The notes beneath the pieces are model-generated. The model was not told where the DNA came from. It made no database searches and saw nothing but the letters and a program-made list of their open reading frames with translations. From Candidatus Nanoanaerosalina archaeon (lineage in GTDB: Archaea; Nanohalarchaeota; Nanosalinia; Nanosalinales; Nanoanaerosalinaceae): a DNA stretch of 50,651 nt. Position numbers and translations under genes: made by a program. Of this stretch, positions 17,367-26,841 are shown in pieces; within the stretch, counting starts at the first letter, position 1; each line of letters starts with the position of its first letter. The stretch lies in NCBI GenBank assembly GCA_022729275.1, contig JALDAH010000001.1, forward strand, positions 1 to 50,651, in the 5' to 3' direction.

Positions 17367-18224
17367 ATCAAAATCTTCTTTTAAAACTATGGAGACTTTT
17401 TTTCCAAGTTCTTCCAGTGAAAAACCAGGACCAATATCATCAAAAGCTTTTTCACCTGATTTACCAATAAGATAAGTTGCTAAACATGAGGATTTCAACC
17501 CATTGGTTTCCGATAAAAACCTAGCTAACACTCCAGCCAATAAATCCCCGGTACCTCCCTTTGAAAGGTATGGGCAACCTGTCTCATTTACAAAAACTGT
17601 TTTGCCATCACTTATAACATCTTTTTCTCCTTTTAACACTATTGTTGACTGGTATACTCTTGCAGCTTTTTTCACTTTTTCTTTTATAGCCGCCAAATCT
17701 CCCTCAACTTCTTCATAAAGTCTTTCAAACTCTTTGACATGTGGTGTCAGTACAACCTTTCTTCCCTCAAAATCCAGATCTTTTAACCTTGTTGTCAACA
17801 TATCAGCATCTATAACTACCGGTAAATCCGAGGATTTTAATACCTCTAGAAGGGTTTCAATGGTTTCAGGGTTTTTTGTTGTACCGTTACCTATCACCAT
17901 CGATGTACATCCCGAGATTTCTTCGACGATTTCTTGAATATTTCCATCATATTTATCGATTCTAGATGTCAGAAAACCTTTCTTGTGGTTACATGCTACT
18001 TCAACAGATTTCACATTTGACACAATCTTTACTAGATCAGCTCCTGATCTGAGAGCTCCTATACCTACAATAGAAGGAGTGGATATGTAGTTTTTGCTTC
18101 CTCCGACAACACCTATAACTCCGTTTTCACCCTTGGTAGAGTCTTTTTCCCTTTGAATGAAACTTTTATCCATCCATTTTATTACAGATTTTTCATCTTT
18201 CATCTTATTTTCCAACGACTTCAT
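17361..18224 (-). CDS. NAD(P)HX dehydratase (YjeF C-terminal/carbohydrate-kinase family)
   Basis: KGENGVIGVVGGSKNY..., GALRSGADLV, LSKGGTGDLLAGVLA. The start is ambiguous (TTG 18239, ATG 18224, ATG 18203). Confidence 0.75.
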   Translation of the reverse strand: MKSLENKMKDEKSVIKWMDKSFIQREKDSTKGENGVIGVVGGSKNYISTPSIVGIGALRSGADLVKIVSNVKSVEVACNHKKGFLTSRIDKYDGNIQEIVEEISGCTSMVIGNGTTKNPETIETLLEVLKSSDLPVVIDADMLTTRLKDLDFEGRKVVLTPHVKEFERLYEEVEGDLAAIKEKVKKAARVYQSTIVLKGEKDVISDGKTVFVNETGCPYLSKGGTGDLLAGVLARFLSETNGLKSSCLATYLIGKSGEKAFDDIGPGFSLEELGKKVSIVLKEDFDL

Positions 18225-19557
18225 TGATTGTTTGCTCAAGTTTATTGGAGAATTCTGATTTTATCTCCCTATAATCCTTCTCTGTCTTAGCTTCCATTGT
18301 AATCCTTATTTTTGGGGATGTATTAGATGCTCTAATAAGAACCCATCCGTTTTCAAGTTCGACTCTGACGCCATCCACTGTACTGGTCTCTTCGTATTCA
18401 TTTACAAGTTTATCCTTTATTTTTTCAACTACTTCAAACTTGTCTGAGTCAGGGCATTTAAAGGGTATCCTATCACCGAAATACTCAGGCATATCATCCA
18501 GTTCTTCCTCTATATCCTCGAATTCCGAAATCTTTGATGCGAAAAGTGCTGATGCTGCGACTCCATCATCAAGAGGAAATATCTGAGGTACAGCGAAGTG
18601 ACCGGCTCTCTCAACCCCAAATATTGCTTCATTTTCCTTAATAGCTTTGAAGAGGTATGTGTGTCCAACTCTCACCCTTTTAACTTTGCTACCGTGTTTT
18701 TCCGCAACATCCTCGATTCTTCTTGAGCACTCTACGTTGGCAACAACATCCCCCTTTTTCTCCTCTAAGAGCTTTTCTAGAACCAAGTAAGCTGTTTCAT
18801 CGGCTCTTAGAAGTTCTCCATTATTTGTGATTATAAAACACCTATCTGAGTCCCCATCATATGCCATTCCAATATCATAATCCTCTATAATTTCCAGCAT
18901 CTTGGATATCGACTCCTCATTGACATCGGATTCTCTGTTGGGGAAATCCCCATCAGGTTTTCCGTGTAGAACATCGACATTGAAACCCAGGTCATCCAAT
19001 ATATCTGGTGCGGTCAGACCTGCAACACCGTTACCACAGTCTATTACAACATCTAGATCTCCTCCAGTAACGTTTTCCACCACATAATCAATGTATTCAT
19101 CTCGAACATCATCCTTCAAAACTTTAGCTTCACTTCCTTCTTCAAAAGATTCTTCAAGGAATATATCCCTTATCTGATTGTTCTCCTCTTCAAGGTATCC
19201 AACTCCATTACTGTGGTAGAACTTCACACCGTTCCACATAGGTGGAAGATGCGAGGCGGTTATATAAGCTGTTTCAAAACCTCTCTTCCATCCATAGTAA
19301 AGTACTGTTCCAAAAGGCTCAAGTCCTAGGTCAACAATCCTTTTAACTTTGGAACTCTTTATACCAGTTATAAATGCTTTTTTTAATTTTATTGATGTGT
19401 TACGCGCATCATGACCAACTACAACTTTTTTATATCCTTTTTTATCTATAAAGGTTCCGAATGCTTTGCCTATTTTTTCCATAACTTCAAATGTAAGGTT
19501 TTCCTCCGTGTTTCCTCTGATATCATATGCCCTGAAGATTTCTCTTATCTCGGTCAT
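18205..19557 (-). CDS. Phosphomannomutase/phosphoglucomutase (second phosphohexomutase paralogue)
   Basis: FRAYDIRG, TASHLPPMWNGVKF, MAYDGDSDRC, GVERAGH, RASNTSPKIR. Confidence 0.85.
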   Translation of the reverse strand: MTEIREIFRAYDIRGNTEENLTFEVMEKIGKAFGTFIDKKGYKKVVVGHDARNTSIKLKKAFITGIKSSKVKRIVDLGLEPFGTVLYYGWKRGFETAYITASHLPPMWNGVKFYHSNGVGYLEEENNQIRDIFLEESFEEGSEAKVLKDDVRDEYIDYVVENVTGGDLDVVIDCGNGVAGLTAPDILDDLGFNVDVLHGKPDGDFPNRESDVNEESISKMLEIIEDYDIGMAYDGDSDRCFIITNNGELLRADETAYLVLEKLLEEKKGDVVANVECSRRIEDVAEKHGSKVKRVRVGHTYLFKAIKENEAIFGVERAGHFAVPQIFPLDDGVAASALFASKISEFEDIEEELDDMPEYFGDRIPFKCPDSDKFEVVEKIKDKLVNEYEETSTVDGVRVELENGWVLIRASNTSPKIRITMEAKTEKDYREIKSEFSNKLEQTINEVVGK

Positions 19558-19646
19558 AGAGATTTATTTTTGTAGGCATATTATTAATTTTTTATCAAAA
19601 AAATCGACGTGTTATTTTTATTAGTGAGAAATAACTGTTTTAAGTT

Positions 19647-19904
19647 ATGGTTAAAGATCTTGATGACTTCGAGGGTAACTATTTCGAGGAGCTAGAAGAG
19701 GTCAATGAAAAACTCAAAGAACTCGTCAAGATATTGATAGACCACATCAAAGGAGAAGGTGTCGAGTATCAGTACAAATACGGTGAAGGCTGGACGGTAA
19801 ATGAACATAACTCGATGAAGAAACAGCTTGATACTGAAGACCCTGAAGAGCAGTTAGAAGCGGTTAAGACTCTTATCAGGAACTACCAGATAGATAATGA
19901 CTGA
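19647..19904 (+). CDS. Small acidic hypothetical protein (85 aa)
   Basis: Clean ATG ORF in an otherwise unoccupied interval. No recognisable motif. Confidence 0.4.
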   Translation: MVKDLDDFEGNYFEELEEVNEKLKELVKILIDHIKGEGVEYQYKYGEGWTVNEHNSMKKQLDTEDPEEQLEAVKTLIRNYQIDND

Positions 19905-20477
19905 TCAATTGCTCTCCTTTTTTGCTTTTTCCAATATCTCCTTTATTCTTTCATCCCTGCTCTCATCCTCAAGCAGACGATCCCTCAATACCGATTCAAG
20001 AAGCTTCCATTCTCCATTTTTGACCATCTCATAAACATCTGTTCTCCTGAAAATGTTCAGAAACTCCTTTTTATCAAGAGAACTTATCTCTCCAAAAAGT
20101 CCTCTCTCCTCAAGAAAACTCTGTTTCTTCTTTATATTCACAATTGTATTAGTGACCTTTAAAGCATCCAGAAGTGCTTTGTGTTCATCCTGAAGCAATT
20201 TTATCTCACTCTCCACCGAGTAAATCTCTTCTGCGAGTTCTTTCTCGAGAAAATCATCTTCTGTATCGACAAGTTTTTTGAAAAGCTGGCATCGCTCCTC
20301 CAACAACTGAGTTCTCTTGTCTCTTCTGAGACTTATTTTTTCCTTTAATTCCCTTCTTTTATCCAAAAAATACTCCGTGTCTTTTTCTATAAGATCGAAT
20401 CCTTTTTTATTTCCTGGTATGATTCTGTTGAAGTATTTCTTGATCAATCCTTTTCTACCTTCCTCTGTATTCGACAA
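19905..20477 (-). CDS. Coiled-coil hypothetical protein (190 aa)
   Basis: Long heptad-like charged helices. TTG start preceded by AGGTGA at about 6 nt. Confidence 0.5.
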   Translation of the reverse strand: MSNTEEGRKGLIKKYFNRIIPGNKKGFDLIEKDTEYFLDKRRELKEKISLRRDKRTQLLEERCQLFKKLVDTEDDFLEKELAEEIYSVESEIKLLQDEHKALLDALKVTNTIVNIKKKQSFLEERGLFGEISSLDKKEFLNIFRRTDVYEMVKNGEWKLLESVLRDRLLEDESRDERIKEILEKAKKESN

Positions 20478-20555
20478 ATTTTTTCACCTAATACCAAAAA
20501 TTTTAAATCCAATATATTAAAAAATTGGAGTCAATTTATTTTAGAAGTGGTCCGT

Positions 20556-22067
20556 ATGTCGGAGAAAAAAGATTTTGTAGAAGAACTTGATTCACATGTC
20601 AAACAGAACGGTTTTATTTGGGGTCCTGAACCTGAAATATACAATGGACTTGCAGGATTTTACACTTACGGACCTTCAGGGAAACTTCTCAAGAACAAGC
20701 TAGAGAACGTCATGAGAGATGTCTTTAGAGATCACAAATTCTATGAGGTTGAAGCCCCTATAATCATGCCGAAAAAAGTTTGGGAGGCTTCAGGACATCT
20801 TGAAACGTTTATTGATCCAATGGTTCTCTGCTCAAAATGTGATAGCAGTTACAGAGCAGACAAACTTATAGAGGAAAAGACAAAGATTGAAACCGCTGAC
20901 GGATTCTCCGATGAAAAATTATTGAATATCCTCGATGACGAGGGAATCAAATGCCCTTCATGCGGAGGCGGTTTTAAAAAAGAGGTTCACGACTACAATC
21001 TGATGATGAAAACCTCTGTTGCTGGTCAGGAATCATATAACAGGCCTGAAACCGCTACAACAACCTATCTACCTTTCAAAAGGTACTGGAGATTTTTTAG
21101 GAAGAAGCTTCCTATGAAAGTCTTTCAAATTGGTAAAGCTTTCAGAAACGAGATAAGTCCTAGACAGCATGTTCTGAGGGGTAGAGAGTTTACACAGGCA
21201 GAGGGTCAAATATTCGTTCATCCTGATCATAAAAACAGCTGGAATGAATATGATAAAGTTAAGGAGACCAAGCTACCTCTGTATTCAGAGGAGATGCAGA
21301 ACCAGGAAAAGAAATGGGAAATGATAACCATCAAAGAAGCAAGAAAAAAAGGTTATCTTTCTTCAGAAGCATATTCCTGGTGTTTATCAGTTGCCTATGA
21401 TCTTTTTGTATCAATAGGTATACCAAAAAATAGGATAAGATTAAGAGAGCACGGTGACGACGAAAAATCTCACTACGCCAGAGAGGCCTGGGACGTCGAA
21501 ATAAGGCTGGACAGTTTCGGATGGACAGAGGTATGCGGTGTCCATGACAGGACAGACTACGATCTTTCAAGCCATGATAAATATTCACACGAAGATCTGA
21601 GTGTTACGACAAACGATGGTAAAAAAGTAATACCTCATATATTGGAGATAGCTTTTGGAACTGACAGACCCACATTCGCCGTTCTGGACATATTTTTCGA
21701 CATGGAAGAAGGAGTTCTTAATATACCAAAACATGTGGCTCCAATCGATGTATCCGTATTCCCTCTTGTCAGTAAAGAGGGTTTACCGGACATTGCAGAA
21801 GAGATATACAGACAGCTTCATGAGCAGAAGTTCGATGTTGAGTACGATGACAGGGGAAGCATAGGTAAAAGATACGCCAGGAACGATGCCAAAGGTACAG
21901 CTGTTTGTGTAACAGTTGATTTTGACACGAAAAAAGACGATACTGTTACGATGAGAGACAGAAATTCTCAGGAACAGGTAAGGGTAAAGATATCGGAACT
22001 TTCGAACAAGCTGGAGAGATGGCTCTACACGGACATGAATTTTGAAGATCTGGGAGAACTTGTGTAA
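20556..22067 (+). CDS. glyS: Glycyl-tRNA synthetase (archaeal/eukaryotic alpha2 type)
   Basis: GPSGKLLKNKL, class II motif 2 FRNEISPRQHVLRGREFTQAE, Zn-ribbon insertion CSKC...CPSC, motif 3 FGTDR, anticodon-binding C-terminus. The ATG at 20556 lies 9 nt after the track's GTG. Confidence 0.9.
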   Translation: MSEKKDFVEELDSHVKQNGFIWGPEPEIYNGLAGFYTYGPSGKLLKNKLENVMRDVFRDHKFYEVEAPIIMPKKVWEASGHLETFIDPMVLCSKCDSSYRADKLIEEKTKIETADGFSDEKLLNILDDEGIKCPSCGGGFKKEVHDYNLMMKTSVAGQESYNRPETATTTYLPFKRYWRFFRKKLPMKVFQIGKAFRNEISPRQHVLRGREFTQAEGQIFVHPDHKNSWNEYDKVKETKLPLYSEEMQNQEKKWEMITIKEARKKGYLSSEAYSWCLSVAYDLFVSIGIPKNRIRLREHGDDEKSHYAREAWDVEIRLDSFGWTEVCGVHDRTDYDLSSHDKYSHEDLSVTTNDGKKVIPHILEIAFGTDRPTFAVLDIFFDMEEGVLNIPKHVAPIDVSVFPLVSKEGLPDIAEEIYRQLHEQKFDVEYDDRGSIGKRYARNDAKGTAVCVTVDFDTKKDDTVTMRDRNSQEQVRVKISELSNKLERWLYTDMNFEDLGELV

Positions 22068-22118
22068 AAACAGGTTCCAAACCTTTGTTTTTTATTGTTT
22101 GATTACAACTTCAGTTAT

Positions 22119-23015
22119 ATGGTCAAATGTTCGGAATGTGGGGAAACTATATCGATACCCTTCAAGTGCAAGTTCTGTGGGGAGAAGCTGTGTTCAAAAC
22201 ACAGGTTACCAGAGAACCATGGCTGTGAAAAAATGAAACCGTATTTGGAGCAGCAGAAGAACAGAAAAATAATATATAATGCGGTTCAGGAGGAAAAAGA
22301 ATACAGGGAGAAAAATATGAGAGGAAAAGGTAGTATCATTGGAAGAATAAAGAAAAAAATAGATAGTTATAGATCTCCTAGGAGTACATCTTATAGAAGA
22401 AGTCCTACATCAGAAGCTTTAAGATACGCTTTTCCTGACATGGCAACATTCACATTGCTTGGAATGATTTTTCTGGGATACCTATTCCAGCTATTTGTAC
22501 CTGGTTTCAACGAGCTATTTCAGCTGGTTCCTGAGCTTGCCTTCACAGAACCATGGAGACTAATATCTCCAATATTCCTTCATGGTAATCCCACACATCT
22601 CTTTGTAAACTCGATAGTTCTCTTCTTCTTTGGTTCGGAACTGGAAAAGAGAATAGGAACATGGAGGTTTGTAAAAATGTTCTTTTTATCAGGCATAATA
22701 GCATCAATTGGTTACGCTATTTACATGCTGGAGATAACAGGTCTGAACACACCAGCAGTAGGAGCTTCAGGGGCTTTATATGGTGTATTCGCTGCACTTG
22801 CCATTATAGCACCTGAGATAAGAGTTTTAGCATTTTTTATAATACCTATGGGTATAAGAACGGCTCTTGTAGTATTTGCTTTATTCGACTTATTCCTTTT
22901 AACCCAGCAAACTCCTATCGCAAGTATAGCGCATCTTACAGGTCTTGTAGTAGGTCTTTACTACGGTTACAAGGTTAGTAAAAGTGGTGATTACAGACGT
23001 AGCTGGGTAATTTGA
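22119..23015 (+). CDS. Rhomboid intramembrane serine protease with an N-terminal AN1-type zinc finger
   Basis: CSECGETISIPFKCKFCGEKLCSKHRLPENHGC fits C-x2-C-x9-C-x2-C-x4-C-x2-H-x5-H-x-C exactly. Rhomboid motifs HGNPTHLFVN, GASGALYG (catalytic Ser) and AHLTG (catalytic His). Confidence 0.85.
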   Translation: MVKCSECGETISIPFKCKFCGEKLCSKHRLPENHGCEKMKPYLEQQKNRKIIYNAVQEEKEYREKNMRGKGSIIGRIKKKIDSYRSPRSTSYRRSPTSEALRYAFPDMATFTLLGMIFLGYLFQLFVPGFNELFQLVPELAFTEPWRLISPIFLHGNPTHLFVNSIVLFFFGSELEKRIGTWRFVKMFFLSGIIASIGYAIYMLEITGLNTPAVGASGALYGVFAALAIIAPEIRVLAFFIIPMGIRTALVVFALFDLFLLTQQTPIASIAHLTGLVVGLYYGYKVSKSGDYRRSWVI

Positions 23016-23591
23016 TTATTGACCGGATTTTTCTGTCTTGACCCATACCTCATTGAACATCTCAGTTCTTCCATAGATAATATAAAAAGGTTTTTCCTGG
23101 AAATCAACAGTTTCAAAACTTTCATCAAATAACAGACCTATATTCTCTGTCTCTTGATCTAGATCAAGAACAACGGTTTCGGTATACTCTCCGGAGTCAA
23201 AAAATATCGATTCTTCAACAGAACCATCAACAGTAATGTTTACAAAATCAATACCATCCCAGTAATTACCAACAACAATATCATGGTCACCGTTCTCGTT
23301 TTCTATACCTGTAATTAAAACATAATTAGCTCCGATACCCTTACCGGAGTTTACTGTTACCAAAAAATTCATGTAGCCCTCTATGTTTTCCTCAACATTA
23401 CTTGAAGTGTAACTTTGACTCAAACTGTTATCTATAAGATAAGGTATCTCCTCAATCCCCTTTTCAAAGAACTCTCTCGTATGAGGATCAGAATCTTCTG
23501 TTAAAAAAGCTCTTCCTTGTAATCCAACGACTACAAGTATCATTATAGCAAGCAATATAAGACCTATGGTGAAAAACTGGCCCTTCCTCAT
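23016..23591 (-). CDS. Class-III-signal-peptide (archaeal type IV pilin-like) protein
   Basis: MRKG|QFFTIGLILLAIMILVVVGL: a basic n-region, a KG-Q prepilin-peptidase-type site, and a roughly 20-aa hydrophobic helix. 4-nt overlap with the upstream gene. Confidence 0.55.
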   Translation of the reverse strand: MRKGQFFTIGLILLAIMILVVVGLQGRAFLTEDSDPHTREFFEKGIEEIPYLIDNSLSQSYTSSNVEENIEGYMNFLVTVNSGKGIGANYVLITGIENENGDHDIVVGNYWDGIDFVNITVDGSVEESIFFDSGEYTETVVLDLDQETENIGLLFDESFETVDFQEKPFYIIYGRTEMFNEVWVKTEKSGQ

Positions 23592-24106
23592 CGGTATCCT
23601 ACCTCCAAATTGACCTTCCCATCAGTTTCGCCCCTGTTTCTAAACCGAAGATTGGAGAATCCCTGCCCAAAATTTATTCTCTCTCTTCCATCCGGATCCG
23701 TGAGATTTATTTTTTCATCTGAGTAATCAAGGGAAAGTTTAATGTTAACTCCATCAGTTGAAGACATATTTACAGGTCCAATACGAGTATGAGCGCCTGC
23801 AGAGACAACTTCCGCTTCTGTTTCAATCGTGTAGTAAAAAGTATCATTGGTGGGTTCGAAAGTGTATCTACCATAGTCCGAAGTGATAGTTAAATCCGTC
23901 ATCGTTCCTTCACCATATGAGACAGTTTCTCTAATCTTTGAATCGATGTTCAGCAGAGTGTCTTGAGCACTCTGTATTGATGCGACCTGTCTTGATCTCT
24001 CCAACAGAGGCATACCCATAGTAAGAACAATAATAACACCCGAAATAATTAAAAAAACAACAAGCATATAGGAAACCAGTGGAGATACAGCTTTTCTTCT
24101 CACCAT
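23588..24106 (-). CDS. Class-III-signal-peptide (archaeal type IV pilin-like) protein
   Basis: MVRRKA|VSPLVSYMLVVFLIISGVIIVL resembles the archaeal pilin/archaellin N-terminal motif (R-x-AVSPVI...). It overlaps both neighbours. Confidence 0.6.
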   Translation of the reverse strand: MVRRKAVSPLVSYMLVVFLIISGVIIVLTMGMPLLERSRQVASIQSAQDTLLNIDSKIRETVSYGEGTMTDLTITSDYGRYTFEPTNDTFYYTIETEAEVVSAGAHTRIGPVNMSSTDGVNIKLSLDYSDEKINLTDPDGRERINFGQGFSNLRFRNRGETDGKVNLEVGYR

Positions 24107-24522
24107 ATATAGACGTACACCACCGAATAAGTAACTTCGTTTCCGTTTTCCAACACGTCTTCATCAACGGTAACTACATAACCAGCACTGACCTTAAAAT
24201 CTTCTGGATAGTCTCCACTTAAATCAAAATCAGTTTCTCCCTCCTTGTCCATATAAATTATTTCTACGGCTGTGTTTGTAGACACATATTTGTTGATTTC
24301 ATCGTGTATGGATTCCGGATCTCTTTCAACAATTTTCTCTCTCAAAAGACCCTTTGAATCCATAGATTCCAGAGTTTCCATTGTGATTCTGTAAGAAATT
24401 TCTTGTGTAACCGGCTGACTAACAAGAGATGGAAGTATATTTATTAAGAAAACGAAAAAAATAGTTGAAGCGATCACCGCCTCAAGAGTTGATACAAATC
24501 CCTTTCTCTCAACCATAGACAT
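24100..24522 (-). CDS. Class-III-signal-peptide (archaeal type IV pilin-like) protein
   Basis: MSMVERKG|FVSTLEAVIASTIFFVFLINIL has a KG-F site with Glu in the early mature region. It starts 26 nt after the rad50 stop. Confidence 0.55.
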   Translation of the reverse strand: MSMVERKGFVSTLEAVIASTIFFVFLINILPSLVSQPVTQEISYRITMETLESMDSKGLLREKIVERDPESIHDEINKYVSTNTAVEIIYMDKEGETDFDLSGDYPEDFKVSAGYVVTVDEDVLENGNEVTYSVVYVYIW

Positions 24523-24548
24523 TTATTATCCATGATGGAGGTTAAAGT

Positions 24549-26837
24549 TTACGGTCTATGCTGCTCCATGTAAATTTCTTCTGAAACCGATATTCCTGAT
24601 CCCTCTTTTGAAACCCTGTAAAGATAAGATGTAACTGAATCCTCTAGATCTTTGTCATGGGTGATCAAAAGAAGCTGGTCCACTATAATCGATATATCCT
24701 CCCTAAGAGTATCCGACAAATCTGAAACAGTTCTTTCGTCAAGATTATGGGTTGGTTCATCCAACATCAAAACATTAAATCTTTTTCCAAGTACGGCTGA
24801 AAGCGCTAATCTCATGGTCAAAGCGGCTGAATGTCTTTCTCCACCCGAAACTTCACCCTCTACAGGTACCTTATTACCTCTTGAATCACAGATTTTCAGT
24901 ATATAATCCTCCTCTACACTGATCTCGATATCAGAATAATAATCATAGGGATATATATTGGCCCATATATCCTGCATAACGTCATTTAGATTCTCTATGA
25001 ATTGTTTCCTCAGTTGTTCCTGAGCTTCTTTAAGCTTTTTCCTAAAAGACACGAAAAAATCCTCTAAAATCCTGTATCTCTCAATATCCTCCTCAATATC
25101 ATCTATCAAAGACTTCCTCTCTTTCAGTTCTTCAACACGTTTTTTATACTGTTCAAGGACTTCTTTCTTTGATTCTTTCTCCTTTTCAACTACTCTTATA
25201 TCAGATTTAACATCATTGAATTTTTTCTCGATATTTTTGAATCGATCAATATCAAAATCGTTTTCCTCCCTACTTTTCTCAATAAATGTTAGGGCTTTCC
25301 TTCTCTCTTCTAACTTCTTCTTGAATTTGAAGACATCCTTCAATTTTTTCATCCTTTCCTTTTCCTCTTTCAGCTTTTCTCTGTTCAAATCCTTTAGCTT
25401 CTCTTCAAGTTCTTCTATTTTCCCTGATAAAACTTTCTTCTCAGATCTTTCTTCCCTTAGTTTTTTCTTTTTATCACTGATTTTTTCCTCAACATCCCCA
25501 AGTTTCAAGATATCGGCCCTCCTATTATTCAATTTCTGAAGTTCCTCAGATATCTCTTCAATCTTCTCTCCTATACTTTCTTTTCTTGATTCTAAATTTT
25601 TCTTCTCCTCTCTGAAGGATATGATTAACTCTTCTCTGTGTTCATCATCCAGATCTCTGTTGCAGGTCGGGCATTTTCCCTCAGCATCTGATAGTTGCTC
25701 GATGGAATCATCCAGGTTTTGTTTTTTACTTTTTAATCCGGATATCTTATCTTTATTATCATCCAACTTTTTCTTTTTCTTTTCTATAGATTTCTCAACG
25801 TCTTCCAGTTTTTCAAACTCTTCTTTATCTTCATTTAACTCTTCAATCTTTTTTTCAATTTTTCCAATGTTTTTATCCTTATATCCTACTTTGTTCTTCT
25901 TTTTGGAAAGTCTCTCCTTTACTTTTTCTGCCTTTGATATTTTTTCATCGATCTCAGAGATTTTTTTATCTATTTTATCTTTATCTTCAATATTTATCTC
26001 TTCCAATTCCTCCTCTAATTCGTCCAGATTCTCCTTTAAAGAATTAATCTCGCCTTTCACTTCCCCTATTTTTCTTTCCAATTTTTCGTGTTTCTTTTTG
26101 GCTTTTTTTTCTGATTCATACTTTTCATTTAAAACTTGCTTTTTTTCCGAGAGTTTTTTCCTCCTATCCTCAAGTTCTTCTATCTTATCCTCAATTTTTC
26201 CTCTTTTTTCCATAATTTTCTCAAAATCTTTCTCCTCAAAGCTCTCTTTGTTGTCCTTCAAATCACTCTCCTTGTATTCACGCTTGTTTCTCACAGAATT
26301 TTTAAGTTTCACAAGAGATTTGCGTGCTTTTTCAAATCTGTCCAACCCGAGAAGTTTATCTATTTTTTCTTTCCTTTCACCTGGTCGCATATCAAGAAAA
26401 AAATCCAGGGAGTTCTGTTCAGAAAAAACAATGGTGGTGAAAAGATCGAAGTTAAGACCTATAATTTCCTCGATTTTTTCAGATACCTCAGTTGCCTGAG
26501 GACCGGCAATCACATCACCTTCCTTTCTAAGAATCGATTTTGTGGTCCCTCTACCTCTCTTTATTATTCTCTCAACAGAATATGTATCCTCTATCTCAAA
26601 AACTATTTTTACTTTGGCCGAATCCTCTTGATTTGGAGATCTTCTAATTACATCATCTATATTTATCCTTCTCTCCTTTATAGATGGTAAAGTTCCGTAA
26701 AGACCAAAAACTATGGATTCAAGTACCGATGATTTTCCGGATCCCATCTCTCCCACCAGGGCATTTACCCCTCCATCAAAAACTAATTCTTCCTCCCTGT
26801 ATGATTTCCAGTTCTCCAGACCTACTTTTTTTATCAT
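24549..26837 (-). CDS. rad50: Rad50 DNA double-strand-break repair ATPase (short coiled-coil form)
   Basis: Walker A GEMGSGKSS, long K/E coiled coil with zinc hook CPTC, signature SGGERHSAAL, Walker B LMLDEPTHNLD. Starts 4 nt after mre11. Confidence 0.9.
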   Translation of the reverse strand: MIKKVGLENWKSYREEELVFDGGVNALVGEMGSGKSSVLESIVFGLYGTLPSIKERRINIDDVIRRSPNQEDSAKVKIVFEIEDTYSVERIIKRGRGTTKSILRKEGDVIAGPQATEVSEKIEEIIGLNFDLFTTIVFSEQNSLDFFLDMRPGERKEKIDKLLGLDRFEKARKSLVKLKNSVRNKREYKESDLKDNKESFEEKDFEKIMEKRGKIEDKIEELEDRRKKLSEKKQVLNEKYESEKKAKKKHEKLERKIGEVKGEINSLKENLDELEEELEEINIEDKDKIDKKISEIDEKISKAEKVKERLSKKKNKVGYKDKNIGKIEKKIEELNEDKEEFEKLEDVEKSIEKKKKKLDDNKDKISGLKSKKQNLDDSIEQLSDAEGKCPTCNRDLDDEHREELIISFREEKKNLESRKESIGEKIEEISEELQKLNNRRADILKLGDVEEKISDKKKKLREERSEKKVLSGKIEELEEKLKDLNREKLKEEKERMKKLKDVFKFKKKLEERRKALTFIEKSREENDFDIDRFKNIEKKFNDVKSDIRVVEKEKESKKEVLEQYKKRVEELKERKSLIDDIEEDIERYRILEDFFVSFRKKLKEAQEQLRKQFIENLNDVMQDIWANIYPYDYYSDIEISVEEDYILKICDSRGNKVPVEGEVSGGERHSAALTMRLALSAVLGKRFNVLMLDEPTHNLDERTVSDLSDTLREDISIIVDQLLLITHDKDLEDSVTSYLYRVSKEGSGISVSEEIYMEQHRP

Positions 26838-26841
26838 TTAT

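Noticed and set aside
25216-26690. Long plus-strand ORFs (107, 292 and 184 aa), rich in S/F/L, opposite rad50
   Set aside because: They are the antisense reading of the K/E-rich Rad50 coiled coil (AAG/GAA-rich DNA gives TTC/CTT codons and few stops). They are low-complexity, have no motifs, and are fully nested in a confidently identified gene.
24549-26837. Periodic, repeat-like appearance of the DNA (possible CRISPR or tandem repeat)
   Set aside because: There are no exact repeat units with unique spacers. The periodicity is the heptad-like Lys/Glu codon bias of the coiled coil. No cas genes are in the window.
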